Notes: generated from the sequence alone by a model not told the origin. A stretch of 63,868 nucleotides of DNA, filler included, from Intoshia linei (GCA_001642005.1; 9 parts of 9 records of this genome joined end to end with filler, not necessarily neighbours in it), one strand, 5' to 3'. Positions 41,169-54,124 are shown, numbered from the whole stretch's first letter. Made by a program: numbers and translations.

Positions 41169-41715
41169 TATTTAATTTATTTTGGCGCCTATTGGAGTGG
41201 AGCATTGACAATGCCAGCTTAGGCAAGATTCATCACATTTGAGTTTACTTTATGTATAGTGCGTTAAATTTTGAAAGATTTTAAATGATTTGTAAGTAGT
41301 GGTTATTCAATGATTGGATTTCAACGTATTTCGATTAAAATACAAATATGCCTAGTAGCATGTCACATCAAATATTCTTTTTAAGAAATTCAAAAACATA
41401 CCCAGTAGATTAGATGTAATTTAAAAAAAAAATGACAATCCGATGACTAATTTTGAAAAATACTCATTAATGACTCAGCGTTGATCAATTAAGTAATTAA
41501 CAAAAATAACTAAATTTAAGTTTATTTTCATATTTTTTTATACAAAAAGTGAATTGCCCAGTGTTATAAACCCAATGATAACGTATATATAACAATCGCA
41601 TGATTATGAACATTTTGGAAGATAGAAATCACTGTTGCAAGTATATATAATTACATACAGGATTTATCATAATTGAGTTAAATTTAACGTTGTAATATAT
41701 TTCTATTTTTGAAGA

Positions 41716-41840
41716 AATGATACCAAATTACCTGTGACAAATTTATTCTCAATTTGCGCCATTTTTGTTTATTTGTGACTCCATTGGAGTAGTGCTACGA
41801 AAATGTCATTACAGGCAACATTTACATATTTTAGTTTAAA
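41716..41840 (-). other. Duplicated first coding exon and upstream region of the FBXO47-like gene
   Basis: ATG GCG CAA ATT GAG AAT AAA TTT GTC ACA G|GTAATTT (ATG 41762) versus ATG GCG CAA AAT GAA TAT AAA TTT GTC ACA G|GTAATTT (ATG 41168); similarity continues ~80 bp upstream. Confidence 0.8.
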
Positions 41841-42019
41841 GTAATCGTAAAATTGCATTGCATAATACTAATAACAATTAAAATTTGTAAATTTTTTCGA
41901 AACTATGAAATTTAAAATATAAATGATTACTTGAAATTGAATCAATCTAGTTTTAAACTTAGTTGAAAAATAATATTTTAAATCTAGTTTATTTAAATTT
42001 TATATTTTTAAAATTTTTT

Positions 42020-43021
42020 ATGGCTATTCCCAAACGAAGCAAACAAAATAGCTTGTGGCTGACATGGTTTTTAAATCAAGAAATTGGATTGTATATGGTC
42101 AAAGTAATTTTATAATATAAAATCAAAATTAAATTGATTTGATATTCACCGATATTTTTTAATGTAGGTCGATTTACATTATATACAAGATGCTTTTAAT
42201 ACATTTGGATTAGATGAACATTGCGAATTTTATCAAATGGCTTACAAGGAAATAACCAATTCACCAATGGGTATAATTTGCATCAACTGAATCTATATGA
42301 AAGTGCGCTTATTCTCATCTTTATTTCATCGTCATTTTTGATCCTAAATTTATACATTTTGGCAATTGATAATTATAATTAATTATTTCGAAATTATTTT
42401 TCTATTCATAATTTAGGCCTTTTAACTGACACTGAAGCGGATCTATATGCAGAACAACTATATGGTTTAATTCACGCTAGGTTTATCTTAACCGAGGCAG
42501 GAATCAGTTTAATGGTACGCAATAATATATATTACATAACAGTGGAATGAATGTGGTTGACAAAGTTGTCAATTCAAAAATTACTTGAATACAATAAAAT
42601 TGAAAAATTGTTAATTATACTTCAATCATAGAAATTTAGATAGATAAATACAATGAAGTATTTGATAAATGTCCTCGGTATTTGTGTTACAATACCACTG
42701 CATTACCAATAGGTTTAAAATTACATAAAAACATTACTTATGCATTTATACTTATAGGACTGAACAGCAGTATTGGAGTAGATACAACACAGTTATTTTG
42801 TCCTTCTTGTAAAGATATTTTTAAACCGCCGAGAGACAGCGCTTTGAATAAGATCGACGGAGCTTATTTTGGTCCAAACTTTCCTCACATGTTTCTCATG
42901 GCAAACCCGAAATTAATTCCAGTTGTGAGACAAGAAAAATTTATTGGAAAGTAATTTTATGTTTTGTATACACGTATCACCACAATTTAGATTGTTTGGA
43001 TTTAAAATAAAGTACAAATAA
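42020..43021 (+). CDS. CSNK2B: Casein kinase II regulatory (beta) subunit-like, divergent, 6 exons
   Basis: WLTWF...|VDLHYIQDAFNTFGL...|AEQLYGLIHARFILTEAG|...CPRYLC...LPIG|...LFCPSCKDIF...IDGAYFGPNFPHMFLM...|LFGFKI; all four Zn-finger cysteines present. Confidence 0.9.
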
Positions 43022-43590
43022 ACGTTTTCAATGATAAATAAATTTTTATTTTTTAAATTTCAGCCAACTATATTTCACGAACTGTTTAATCTAACGATTC
43101 TTAACCTTTTGTGAATCATCGCCCCTAGATGAAAAAAATTTAATTTTTACAAGATTATAGCTCCTCCCAAAAATAATTATTACAAAGTCTATAATATGTT
43201 TATAAACAAGCTAAAATTGTATTATAAAAATCTACTTTTGTGCATTGCAAGAATTTATGATAAGTCATGCCCAATTTCTTCACATTATAGTATTTACATC
43301 TCTTGGTGTACTTGTTCAATTAGTCTATGATTCTAACGGACATTGGGACCATTTTATTTAAATTTCGGCAATGAGATTAAATGTGGAAATCAGTTATGGA
43401 ACGCAATTTAAAATAATAAACGCATTTTTAACGCAGACTGCGTTTTAATCTACTGAATATAATCGACTCTGCATCGCAGAGAAGAAATTTTTATGCAATA
43501 CGAATGCAATTTTGAATTAATATAAAATTTCTATATTTTAAATGTACGTCTTTGTATAAAGTGACCAGAAACATACGTACTAATGTAGTA

Positions 43591-43736
43591 GGGGTGTGAT
43601 TTTTTATACTTTTTTTTCGAAATTTCATGGTCCAAATACTGATAAAGTTGCGTGTGGTAGTTTCATGATAATGGTGAAACTTTATCAGTATTTGGACCAT
43701 GAAATTTCGAAAAAAAAGTATAAAAAATACCACCCC
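43591..43736. repeat. Near-perfect 146-bp palindrome (hairpin MITE) with TA flanks
   Basis: Arms 43591-43649 and 43678-43736 are reverse complements (e.g. TTCGAAATTTCATGGTCCAAATACTGATAAAGTT) around a 28-nt loop. Confidence 0.9.
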
Positions 43737-45107
43737 TATTGTATATAGCGAGCAAAATGATTTTTAAAAATATGCAATCTAAGCAATAATTTTAGAGCCT
43801 TATTATATTTTAATTTAATTAAATACTCATATAAATGGATTTATATTTAGATTTTCGTATTTAAATTTAAATTATCGTCAAAATTATGTTAAGGTTACTC
43901 AGAATTAATTAATATTCAGATGATGTATAATATTGCGCATATATATTTTATACCATGGAGTATAAATTTTATCTTGGATATTTTACTTTGCACGTTTTAG
44001 GAAATTTTAATTGCATACATACATTTATAAAAACTTATAAATATCGTCAAATCTGTTCTTAAAAATGGTTTCAGGTTATTGAGATGCGAATTAATTATTT
44101 ACAAATTTTAAAAATATACAATTTTTTAATTCAATAAGGGTAAAGATGGGAACATTTTATCTAATGCGCAAAAACTGAAATATCTCTTCATAAAATAATA
44201 TTTTATTGTTGACACTATGTAAACATTGGTAATAAAATTAATTTTGTACTCATATTTCATGAGTAATAAATTGTTCACAATTGACATACGTACCGCCTTA
44301 TTTTTGCATGCCGGTAAACAATAGTAAATTTATGATTGTACTTTTTTGCATGTATACGTGTTATTGTCTCGTAATGATTAATGTTAAAAATTGCATCTCT
44401 CATGTGAAACCATAGTGAATACATTAATTTTATTATATTTGAATCAATTTTTATAAAAATGTATTCAACTAAAAAACAAATAATGTTAACAATATTATAA
44501 ATACTAGGGTGAACATTGTTAAACCTACATTCATTTTTTTATATTGTGTTGCTTTTTGATATATTTTGCGTTCCAAGTGTGCGATAATATCTACCGTACT
44601 TGCCATTCCACCTGGACCTGTGAATAATCATATAAAAAATTGAAAAATGATGAATACCTGACTCTCCGCACATTAATTTTTTATAAACTACAGGAACATA
44701 TGTCGCACCCCAGTTTTCTACAATATCCATTTGCAATGAAGTGATAGGATGTTGGTACATTTGGGTATTGGCAGCTAAACAACAAATCATTGGTTTTTTG
44801 TAATCCCAAGCTCTGGTAACATTGGTCTAATTTAGATATTAAGAATAATAAATTATGAACAGTTTTGACGCTGTCCCTTTTCAAGAGAAAGTATTTAAAA
44901 TATGAAAGAGATTGCAAAGAATACCACAACAAATGGTATATTCTATAGTCTTAGCAAGATTTACTGGAAATATGTACAATAATAAAATCATGGAAAGGGG
45001 CCAGTGAAGGGTAATGATATGTAATCCCGGATTCTATCCGATTTCTATACAAATGTACGATTACAATACGATTTCGAAATAAAAAATTTAGTGTAGTTAT
45101 TTAATTA

Positions 45108-45650
45108 TCTTAACTTATATAATATGCTACGCGATTTTTTGTGTGTGTGTGTTTGTGCGTTCAGCTTTATTTAAATAACTACCCGTCTTAGAATGTTATA
45201 AAGTCCACATTTCAATTACAGTTTTTTCCGAGGGTCTTCGCAAACATAATTTCAACCATCCAAACTCACATCTTACGTGTCAAAAACCCCAATTGTCCCT
45301 CTTTTTGAAAATCAAACGAGTTGGAGAATTTAAAAAAATTATATCTTCAGACCAAAACCACAAATTACCCTTCTTTTTTTAATGAAAACAGCCCTAGAAT
45401 TTCAAAAAATTTACAGGTTGTACAGTTGTATCCTGTTAAACCAGATATAAAATTTCAATCCGAATAAGTGACGACTTCACGGTTAAAAAAGCATTTTAGT
45501 ATTCCTATATTTTTTTTCCGAAATATTTTATTATAACATAAACCAGTAAACCAAAAAATGTGAAATAATTAACTGTCCGAAATTAAAAAAAAGATAATTC
45601 TGATAGAGCTTATTCCAGTTAATATAAATACAAAATTTCAACCCCAGAAA
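45108..45650 (+). mobile_element. Copy of non-autonomous Helitron-like repeat family, truncated by gap
   Basis: A|TCTTAACTTATATAATATGCTACGCGATTTTTTGTGTGTG start; homologous to the other copies. Confidence 0.85.
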
Positions 45651-45753
45651 NNNNNNNNNNNNNNNNNNNNNNNNNNNNNNNNNNNNNNNNNNNNTTAATT
45701 AATTAANNNNNNNNNNNNNNNNNNNNNNNNNNNNNNNNNNNNNNNNNNNNAAG

Positions 45754-47241
45754 AGTGCTATACTTGTGATGGCTACACCGATGATTGTTCAGATAATATT
45801 AATACTTTTCAAAAAACGGGATGTCATGGAGATTGTTATGTAAATTTAGAATTAATAATGTACAGTGGTTTCTGTACCATATGTCATATGAATGTCAAGG
45901 GACTGGGACTGGGACTGACAAGGACGTGGAAGGGATTTTCCATTTTTTCTTATATAAGATCTGGTTTCATCACAGTTAAATGTCATCATTTCTAAATTTT
46001 TCTACAGCTACAGAAAATAATTCTTTCCATTCTTTTATTTTAGACGCACTTACTAGTTTTGATTCTCCTACAATTTTTTTTGATTTAATGGAATCTCTGG
46101 TTGAAAAAAGAATTTAAACAACCATTAGAGACTTTAAAATCGTTCAAATTCAAAAGACTGGCAATTTCCAGCGCCATTTCTTTCAATATATTGTCACTTA
46201 TACTTATTTTTAGTGTCCGTTGACGTTGAAACCACTGATTCAATTTTCATAGCTTTCCTTAGGCAAGGTTGTCTCTTCTGATTCAAATTTAAATTATTAC
46301 AATTAAGGATTTCTTCATTATTTTTTAACGACTTATTTTTGAGATCGATTTGAATATTCGTCAAACAGTTTAATCAATTTTATTTTATCATTTATCGAAA
46401 AATCTTTTTCTCTTCAAATTCTAATTTATATTGAACGGTTACTTTTCTGAAATGTAGAAGTAACGTGATAGAAAATTAATAAAAATTTATGTTTATTTAC
46501 ACAAATTCATATTTAAAATTTTTTCTCATAATAAATACTATACAAATCTAACTTTTAGTTTCATGAAATTCATATAAGCGTGAATTCATATTATACAGTA
46601 TTCATATTGAACATAAATCACTGTATATGTATTTTGATATCCATTAACTGCGAACAATCAATAGTCGAATGAAAATATTATCCAATTGTGTAGTGAAATG
46701 TAAAATTTTACAAAATTGATATACTGTTGTTATTTGATGTATTTCCCTCAATATAATATTTTTTTAATTATTATGTCTAAAATGTTAATTTGATGTTTGA
46801 CTAGATTTGTATGTAAAAGGCTGATTTCTAGATATTCTTAAAATCCTGTTATATATTCTAATTTTAGAAAACAACCTTGTCTTTTTACACAAATGTCTCA
46901 GTTGCTACTTTTAGAAGCTGTAAAGAAGAGTTGTGTACACCTATCAATCATAATGGTCGTTTGTGCATAAATATGACAGAAAGAGAAGTACACATTTTTA
47001 TTAAATGTTATACTAAGTTTATATATAATCATTAGAAAACGATCCATAATATAAAAATAATATTTATATTTTAAAACTTATTATATTATAAAATATTATT
47101 TTTATTCAATTATTTTAGATGTGTGTGACGTGTTGTGACACACACGGTTGCAACATTGGAGACATGTCGTCAACATTTAAACAAAATTTCCGACTTTTCC
47201 TCATTAGTGTCATCTTTTTTATTTTATTTAGTCATATGTAA
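45754..47241 (+). CDS. Ly6/uPAR three-finger domain protein, GPI-anchored (signal-peptide exon missing, probably beyond the gap)
   Basis: Exons ~45754-45838 ECYTCDGYTDDCSDNINTFQKTGCHGDCY, ~46868-46987 KTTLSF...RSCKEELC...GRLCINMTERE, 47119-47241 MCVTCCDTHGCN plus hydrophobic tail. C-x2-C start and CCxxxxCN end are the LU-domain signature. Confidence 0.85.
45861..46625 (-). mobile_element. Tigger/pogo transposon, internally deleted, in the Ly6 intron
   Basis: TIRs TA|CAGTGGTTTCTGTACCATATG and CATATTGAACATAAATCACTG|TA; minus-strand remnant WFQRQRTLKISISDNILKEMALEIA...FKVSNGCL...GES (CENP-B HTH). Confidence 0.8.
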
Positions 47242-48619
47242 CAATTTTTAAGTAGTAAATATTTATTATACTTTGCCTTCATTTAATTCAATGAATTTTG
47301 ATATTTCGCAAAACGTACCAGGTAGATAAAGATAAAGGTATACGTTTTTCAAAAATATTGTCAACGAAGTTGCGCTTATTAATTAACAAAAAATGGCTAA
47401 ATTTAAGTTTATTTCCGTATTTTTCTTAATTTTTTTTTAAAAAAACTTAAATTCCTACTTCGTTTGTGAAGAAAAATTAGAAAGGTTTGTATATTTTAAT
47501 GAATTTTGTTTAGCTGCATCATTTACAACTAGCTTTTTCTATAGTACGAAAAAATTAATTTAAATAATGATAGTTTTTATTATCATTTTGTTTGGGGTAT
47601 AAATAAATGTAGACAATTTTTCCTAAAGTTTCAAAAATTATATTTTATTTAATTTTTTTTATTTATCTATCATTTATTTTATTATTTATATCATTATTTT
47701 AATATCTGATATACATAATTCTTTCAATATTTTTTTTTATTTTAACTTACTACTTGTAATCATTGCTGTAAAATTTGTATTATAATATTAACATTAAATT
47801 TAAGAGATGGTTAACCAACATCATATCGTGTAAATAATTTAAGTCAATATTTAGTTTATATAAAATAAACACTATTCATATTAAAATTCTGTCCATGAGA
47901 CATACATTTTATACACTGTGCATTTTGACATGTTATTTAAGTAATTTTATTGATTTTTTATTTTTATTTATATGCAGGTGAAATTTATGGAATATACGAT
48001 TTTTTTCCTATAGAATCATGTAGTAAGATTTTGTATTTAAATATTTTAATTATAATTTTTATATTACATATTTTTACCGTTAACTATGAAAAATGTGTGT
48101 AGTCAAGTTGTTTGCTATTAAAAACTTTTAGGGACTAAAAATTTATAAGGTTAGCGGTAGAACCAGTATCTATTATAATTCTAATTTTAAAACTTTCTTG
48201 CTTTGGGTCTATTAATACATCTGTGTCCATATATATGGTTTGGGTATCTTCTATTCTTAATGTTTGATTTATTATTGGTTTTATTTCTTTGCCCTTACAA
48301 ATATTGGTGTAATGTCCAAATCTCTTACTTTGATTGCATCAGATATTTCTAGCAGGACATATTTTTTACGGTTATCAAGGTAACACTTTCCGGTAGTAAG
48401 TTTTTCAGGGTTTTTAAATGTTTTAATTCACTAATCCAATATTTACTTATTTTAGTTTTAATAATTAAGAGTAAGTTAAATAGAATGAATCAAGCATTGA
48501 AATTGAAATTGAAATTAACACGGATAAATAAAATTCAAATATCAACGACTATTATTCAATTATATTTAAATGATAATTTTTTAAATTTTGAGAGTGATCA
48601 GTATATCCTAATTTTTAGC

Positions 48620-49092
48620 ACCATATCGGAATAATGGATGCATTTATAATTGCATGAAAGGACAAGTTGTGATGCAAGTTAAATACCCAATTTTGGGATG
48701 GGGAAACGAATATGTACGAAACATTTTTTATTTGAAATAAAATTTTATATTATAGAAATTTAATCTTCAACACGATAAAGCAAGAGAGTGTCGTGAATAT
48801 TCGTTTACACTTTCCAACCAACCACATTTACATGATTTTAAATTAACTTTCTACTTTGCTTTGGAAAAAGATAATATTGGATTAACAAATGTACATTACG
48901 ATTTCCAACTAACTGATAGTCATGAAAAAAAACGTGTCCCATTATCGAGTAAAGCATTTCTGAAAGTTGTTAAAGATCATATTACTCATTATGAATGTAA
49001 TAAAACTATTAGCGAGGTTAATACATTCGATTACGTATACATTTTAATAAAACGTATGCATTGTCTTTTAGGGAACTTTTACTAAAATAAAG
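48620..49092 (+). CDS. Internal exons of an unidentified gene
   Basis: APYRNNGCIYNCMKGQVVMQVKYPILGWGNEY | KFNLQHDKARECREYSFTL...YECNKTISE | GTFTKIK separated by short GT-AG introns; no family recognised. Confidence 0.45.
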
Positions 49093-49347
49093 GTGAGTAT
49101 AATAATATATGAAACATTTTACGGTTTATCAACTGATAGGAAACACAAAGATGGTAAATAATAATATTATTTATTTAATATTGCATCTAGTCGTACACTG
49201 TGACAATGGTTTTCGATTAATTTCAAGATTAATTTTTTTTAGAGTACAAGCCACCGCCTACTTTTCCTGGTCCTATAAATAATAATATTATTACAATTAA
49301 CGAAACAATTACTGGAAATAAAAGTTTTTTTAATCATTATTTCAAAC

Positions 49348-49513
49348 TACAGTACTCTCTCATTATAATATTAATATTATAAAAAATTATAATTTTCCAA
49401 ATATGGCAAATATATGTTAGTAATATTTTTACATTTTGTATTTTATAAACACATTCTGAAATTTTCAAAGTTATTTAATTTGCAAATGTTGAAAAATTAG
49501 AGAGAATACTGTA
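49348..49513. mobile_element. Tigger/pogo-type MITE with TA flanks
   Basis: TA|CAGTACTCTCTCATTA ... AATTAGAGAGAATACTG|TA. Confidence 0.7.
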
Positions 49514-51964
49514 ATACACGATGCGACACGGAAGAATATAAAATGTTAAAATATATATTATAATCCTCTTGATCCAGAGAGCACTTTTAACTATTTTTAA
49601 AATTCGGGATATTTAAATTACTAATTTAACCCAAATGAAATTATTCGTTTAATTTTATTAATTATTTTGATGATAAATTTAAAAATAATAATACTAATAA
49701 TAATGTAATTTTGAAATTTATGCCCTAAGACTCATTTGCGCTGACATGTGGATTACTTCCACATAATTGTGATAATTTATCAGATGAGCATGGACAGCGT
49801 GTACACTGTACATTTTCCAATATTTAAATGACTTGACTTCTTTAAATGATTTTTAATAATAAGTAGCATTTTTAATTAAGATGTTATTATTGAATTTATT
49901 TTTTTGGTTACAATTAGATAATTCCGCCCTCGGAAAACTAAGTGATGTTTGTACGTTGTACAAAACAGCCAAGCTAGTAATATTCTATAATATTATAATT
50001 CTTGTAGTCGCACCGTGTTATAATATAATATATTATAATTAAAATTATCAATTTATTAGGCAGTAAATTGCATTTAAATATAATTTTAATTAATATATTA
50101 ATTCATAGTCTGTAAATTTAATTGCTAAATTATAAAATTACATTTCATGTGTATCTCACCATTTTATCGATATTGACCACTTATCTGCAATGACAGCATT
50201 TTATTAATTAATATGATGAATATAATGAATAACAGTTATTATTTTTCATCTATTTCAAGATTTTTGATTAAAGGAATAACCAAAATGATGCACCTGTTTG
50301 TCAATTATTTTGATACTTGTGTTATCATACCAGCATATTACGACAAAATTATACGAAGTAAAATTAATTTGTAAAATTAAAATTATTTCTCACGAAATTC
50401 CCGGCCCGGCAAATATATTTTGAATTTCCCGATTTTCTACTTTTCAAATTTTCGTGGGAAATCATTTCGTATTTTTTCGGGTAAGTAATTATTTCAATTT
50501 TCGTAATTGTTGCTCAGCTATCTCAAAAGGTCGAAGGACATGTTGTAGATTAATTGAATTGTATAACTCACCTATTCTACAATAATTACCTTCTACATTT
50601 GATGGTGGAGCACTTTATCATATTATGTGTATATAATTATATCACCACCTATGGTTTATACTGGATATGCTTAATTAGTAATTAAAAAAGAAAATATGGT
50701 CATGTCGTTAAACTGGTTGAGAAACTGTATTTTAATAAAAATGTAATATTTAGGGGAGAGTAAATTTAATTATACATTTAATTTTTAATTTACATGTCAT
50801 TTAATGATAAATAATTATAATTTAACTCATTATGTTAATTAACATATTATTACATATATATAATAATTACTATCGTAAAATTGAATATTTTAAAATAAAA
50901 TAGTAATTATGTTTCTAATTTAGGTTGCAGCTTCTAAATTATAGACAGAATAATCAATGCTGTATAACCCATTGATTTCGAATATTTTTTGTAAATTTAA
51001 AATTTATTAAAAATTTCAATGTTTTTAAATATCGATTTATCGACATCAATGATATTATACTTATAATTTTACGTAGTATGTAATTAACAATCCATTTAAT
51101 CAAAATTTAAATTAAATTAAGAATACAACCATTAGTGTATACCAGTGATGGCAATCAAATCAAATGTACATTTGATTTACTACATAGATGTATGTGGTAT
51201 GTTAATTTTGAGATTATATTCGAAAATTATTTTCTAGTGTCTTTTCTAATAAAAAAATTGTTACTCATTCCTTCAATTGAAACAAAAGCGACATTTCTTA
51301 TTTACATGAGAGAAGATAAGTAATATTATTCAGCAAGTTTTTTAATGGAATGAACAAAGCTTCTAGATTCAATGTTACGCATGTGAACTTTCCAATTTGT
51401 ATATACAATGTACTAAACTTGGCTCATTAAAAAAAATGATTATTGAAAATAGAAAAATAGAATGAGAAATCTACGCATCATGGTATCCAGAAATATAATA
51501 AAAAATAAATTCACGTTGAAAATCTAATTTAAAAATCCTACTATTCACTATTATCAATCCTTTAAAGGAGTCGTTCCCAAATTTGTGTCAGGTGGAACAA
51601 TCATATCACATTACTTTTTATTTTAAAGTGAATTATTCCATCTTAATTTTTTGTTTGTTAATATTTAAAAATAAAGTAAAAACAGTCAAATCCTAAAAAT
51701 TGTCATAAATAGCATAAATTCCACCAAAATAAAATTATAAAAACCTATTTTGTCATTTTCAAAGTGATAATATATATTCAGTAGCAATTTAATGAATACT
51801 TAATAATACCAATTATGTCTCAATAATTAACGGAATCTTAACTTTATAAAAATATTTCAGCAAATTTTACCAATATTGCAAATAATTGTAATAAATATAA
51901 AAATAATGATAACAAAGTTGTATTACTTTTAGTTTCGTTGTTGCAGTTTAAGTTGATTTATTTG

Positions 51965-53085
51965 AAACAAAATGTTTTGAAAATGAGAATTTGAAATTTA
52001 AAAATTGCGTAGCAATGAAAAAAATTCCAAAACAATAAAAAAAATTCCGAAGCAATGAATTATATAGATTTTCACTCATATTTCTTTATTGGAAATGTGT
52101 AGACGTACAATCCACATTTTTTTTGAAATAGTAGGATCAATATTTACATTTTTAATTTTTGATTTTAATCGAAATACAGTCTAAGTCCTATTTAACGGAA
52201 TTTCAAAATTTTGACAAACCAAAAATTGTGTTACTTAAAATTTTATATAGTATGTGAAGATATAACATATCCAGAGTTATCAGAATATCTAAGTTTAATT
52301 AAAAAAATAAAAATCATGACTTCAAAAATCTCTATCGGCTCTAATTGATATTTATACCCTTGAAACATATGTCACAAGATTATCTCAAATATAAAAAGCA
52401 AACCAAAATATTCCAATATTTTCAATAATCTGATAAATTTATAAATAAAAAATATTAATAAATAATATATAAGTAAATCATTTTTTAAATTTCAGAAACT
52501 AGAATTAACATTTTGTAAATTTTATTTTATTGAGCAATATTAAAAAAATCTAAAACTCTAGTTTCTCTCCACTTCACTTATTTGAATAACTATTATAAAA
52601 TATTATAAACATTAACATGTATTTATTTAGTATTCACAATCTCCAATAAAGAAATATATCTCTTCATAGCTATATTTAATAATTTTAATTTTTAAAATAA
52701 TTCCGTTAAATATGACGTCTCTATAGAAATTAATCGCTAAAAATCCTGTTAAGCGGAATTCCTAAATTTTTGAGTTCCAAAAATTCCGTTAAATATGACT
52801 TAAACTGTATTTGAAAAATATTGGTTGATGATATATTAAAAATTATTTTTCACTGGGAATCCGTAGATTTCTGGGGTTAAAATTTTGTATTTATATCAAC
52901 TGGAATAAGCTCTATCAGAATAATCTTCTTTTTTTTAATTTTCGGACAGTTAATTATTTGACATTTTTTGTTTGAATAAAATATTTGGGAAAAAAATATA
53001 TGAATACTAAGATGCTTTTTTGACCGTGAAGGCGTCACTTATTCAGATTAATATATTGTGTGTGTTAACAAGATAGAACTGTAAT
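51965..53085 (-). mobile_element. Helitron-like family copy interrupted by a nested MITE
   Basis: Reverse complement of the 26200-26660 / 29750-30170 segment, split at 52175-52809. Confidence 0.8.
52175..52809. mobile_element. Tc1/pogo-type MITE with TA duplication shown by empty-site copies
   Basis: TIRs CAGTCTAAGTCCTATTTAACGGAATTT / AAATTCCGTTAAATATGACTTAAACTG; uninterrupted family copies (~26470-26490, ~30000-30020) have a single TA at this site. Confidence 0.9.
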
Positions 53086-53390
53086 AGAAAACACACGGCA
53101 GTGCATAAGTAATACTTTTAGCCATACTAGTTTGGTTTTNNNNNNNNNNNNNNNNNNNNNNNNNNNNNNNNNNNNNNNNNNNNTTAATTAATTAANNNNN
53201 NNNNNNNNNNNNNNNNNNNNNNNNNNNNNNNNNNNNNNNCTGCGACAGTACGTTCCAATGGTTGAAGTTTTTATACACAATTTGATGACAAGTAAAATCA
53301 GATGTATAAAAAGAAAAAAATTTGACGAGGCCAAATTTATTGTCGTTACAGCTTACAATAATCCAAAATNNNNNNNNNNNNNNNNNNNNN

Positions 53391-54124
53391 AATACATCAA
53401 ACTGCCAATTTTGCAGTTATTAGATCTCGATATTTGGTCGGCATTTAATAAAGCAACCAATGAAATGATTGTCACGAGGGAAGGACGAAATATCTTTCCA
53501 AGATTTTCACTTTGCGCTACAAATTTAAATCCGGACGTTTATTATACATTTGCATTGTGTTTTGTGAGGTATTAAAATAATTATAATTATACTTCAATAT
53601 AATGTATTTCAATATATTTTTAGAACAAAAGAGTCAAAATTCAAATTCGATAGAAAAAAATGGTGTGAAATATTAGAATCTTCTGAATCGATAGAACGTA
53701 ATATATAAAATTTAAATTAAATTTTTATAATAACTGATTAATTTAGAAAGTCTTTCGTACAAACATCCAGATTCTCCACAATTAGGAAAGCGATGGAGTA
53801 AAATTATTAGATTTAATCGATTAAAAGTGTCAAATGCAAGAAACGACAGTTATAAAGAACTGGTTTGATATATTTTCATTATTATTTATTTTTTTTAAAC
53901 CATTTTAATTTATTGACAAGGTCAAACTAACGAGTCTGCGACAGTACGTTCCAATGGTTGAAGTTTTTATACACAATTTGATGACAAGTAAAATCAGATG
54001 TATAAAAAGAAAAAAATTTGACGAGGCCAAATTTATTGTCGTTACAGCTTACAATAATCCAAAATTAGTCGAACTCAAATCTCAATTAAATCCTTATGCG
54101 AAGAAAATTACATATAAATGTTAA
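53391..54124 (+). CDS. Divergent T-box transcription factor (5' end in gap), 4 visible exons
   Basis: LLDLDIWSAFNKATNEMIVTREGRNIFP...LNPDVYY|..KFKFDRKKW|..YKHPDSPQLGKRW...FNRLKVSN|VKLTSLRQYVP...FDEAKFIVVTAYNNPKLVELKSQLNPYAKKITYKC*. Confidence 0.9.

Noticed and set aside
53240-53369. Second T-box gene or tandem exon duplication
   Set aside because: Appears identical to 53936-54065 and is sandwiched between N runs; most likely misplaced assembly sequence (a very recent tandem copy cannot be excluded). The 53258-53575 ORF is a chimera across Ns.
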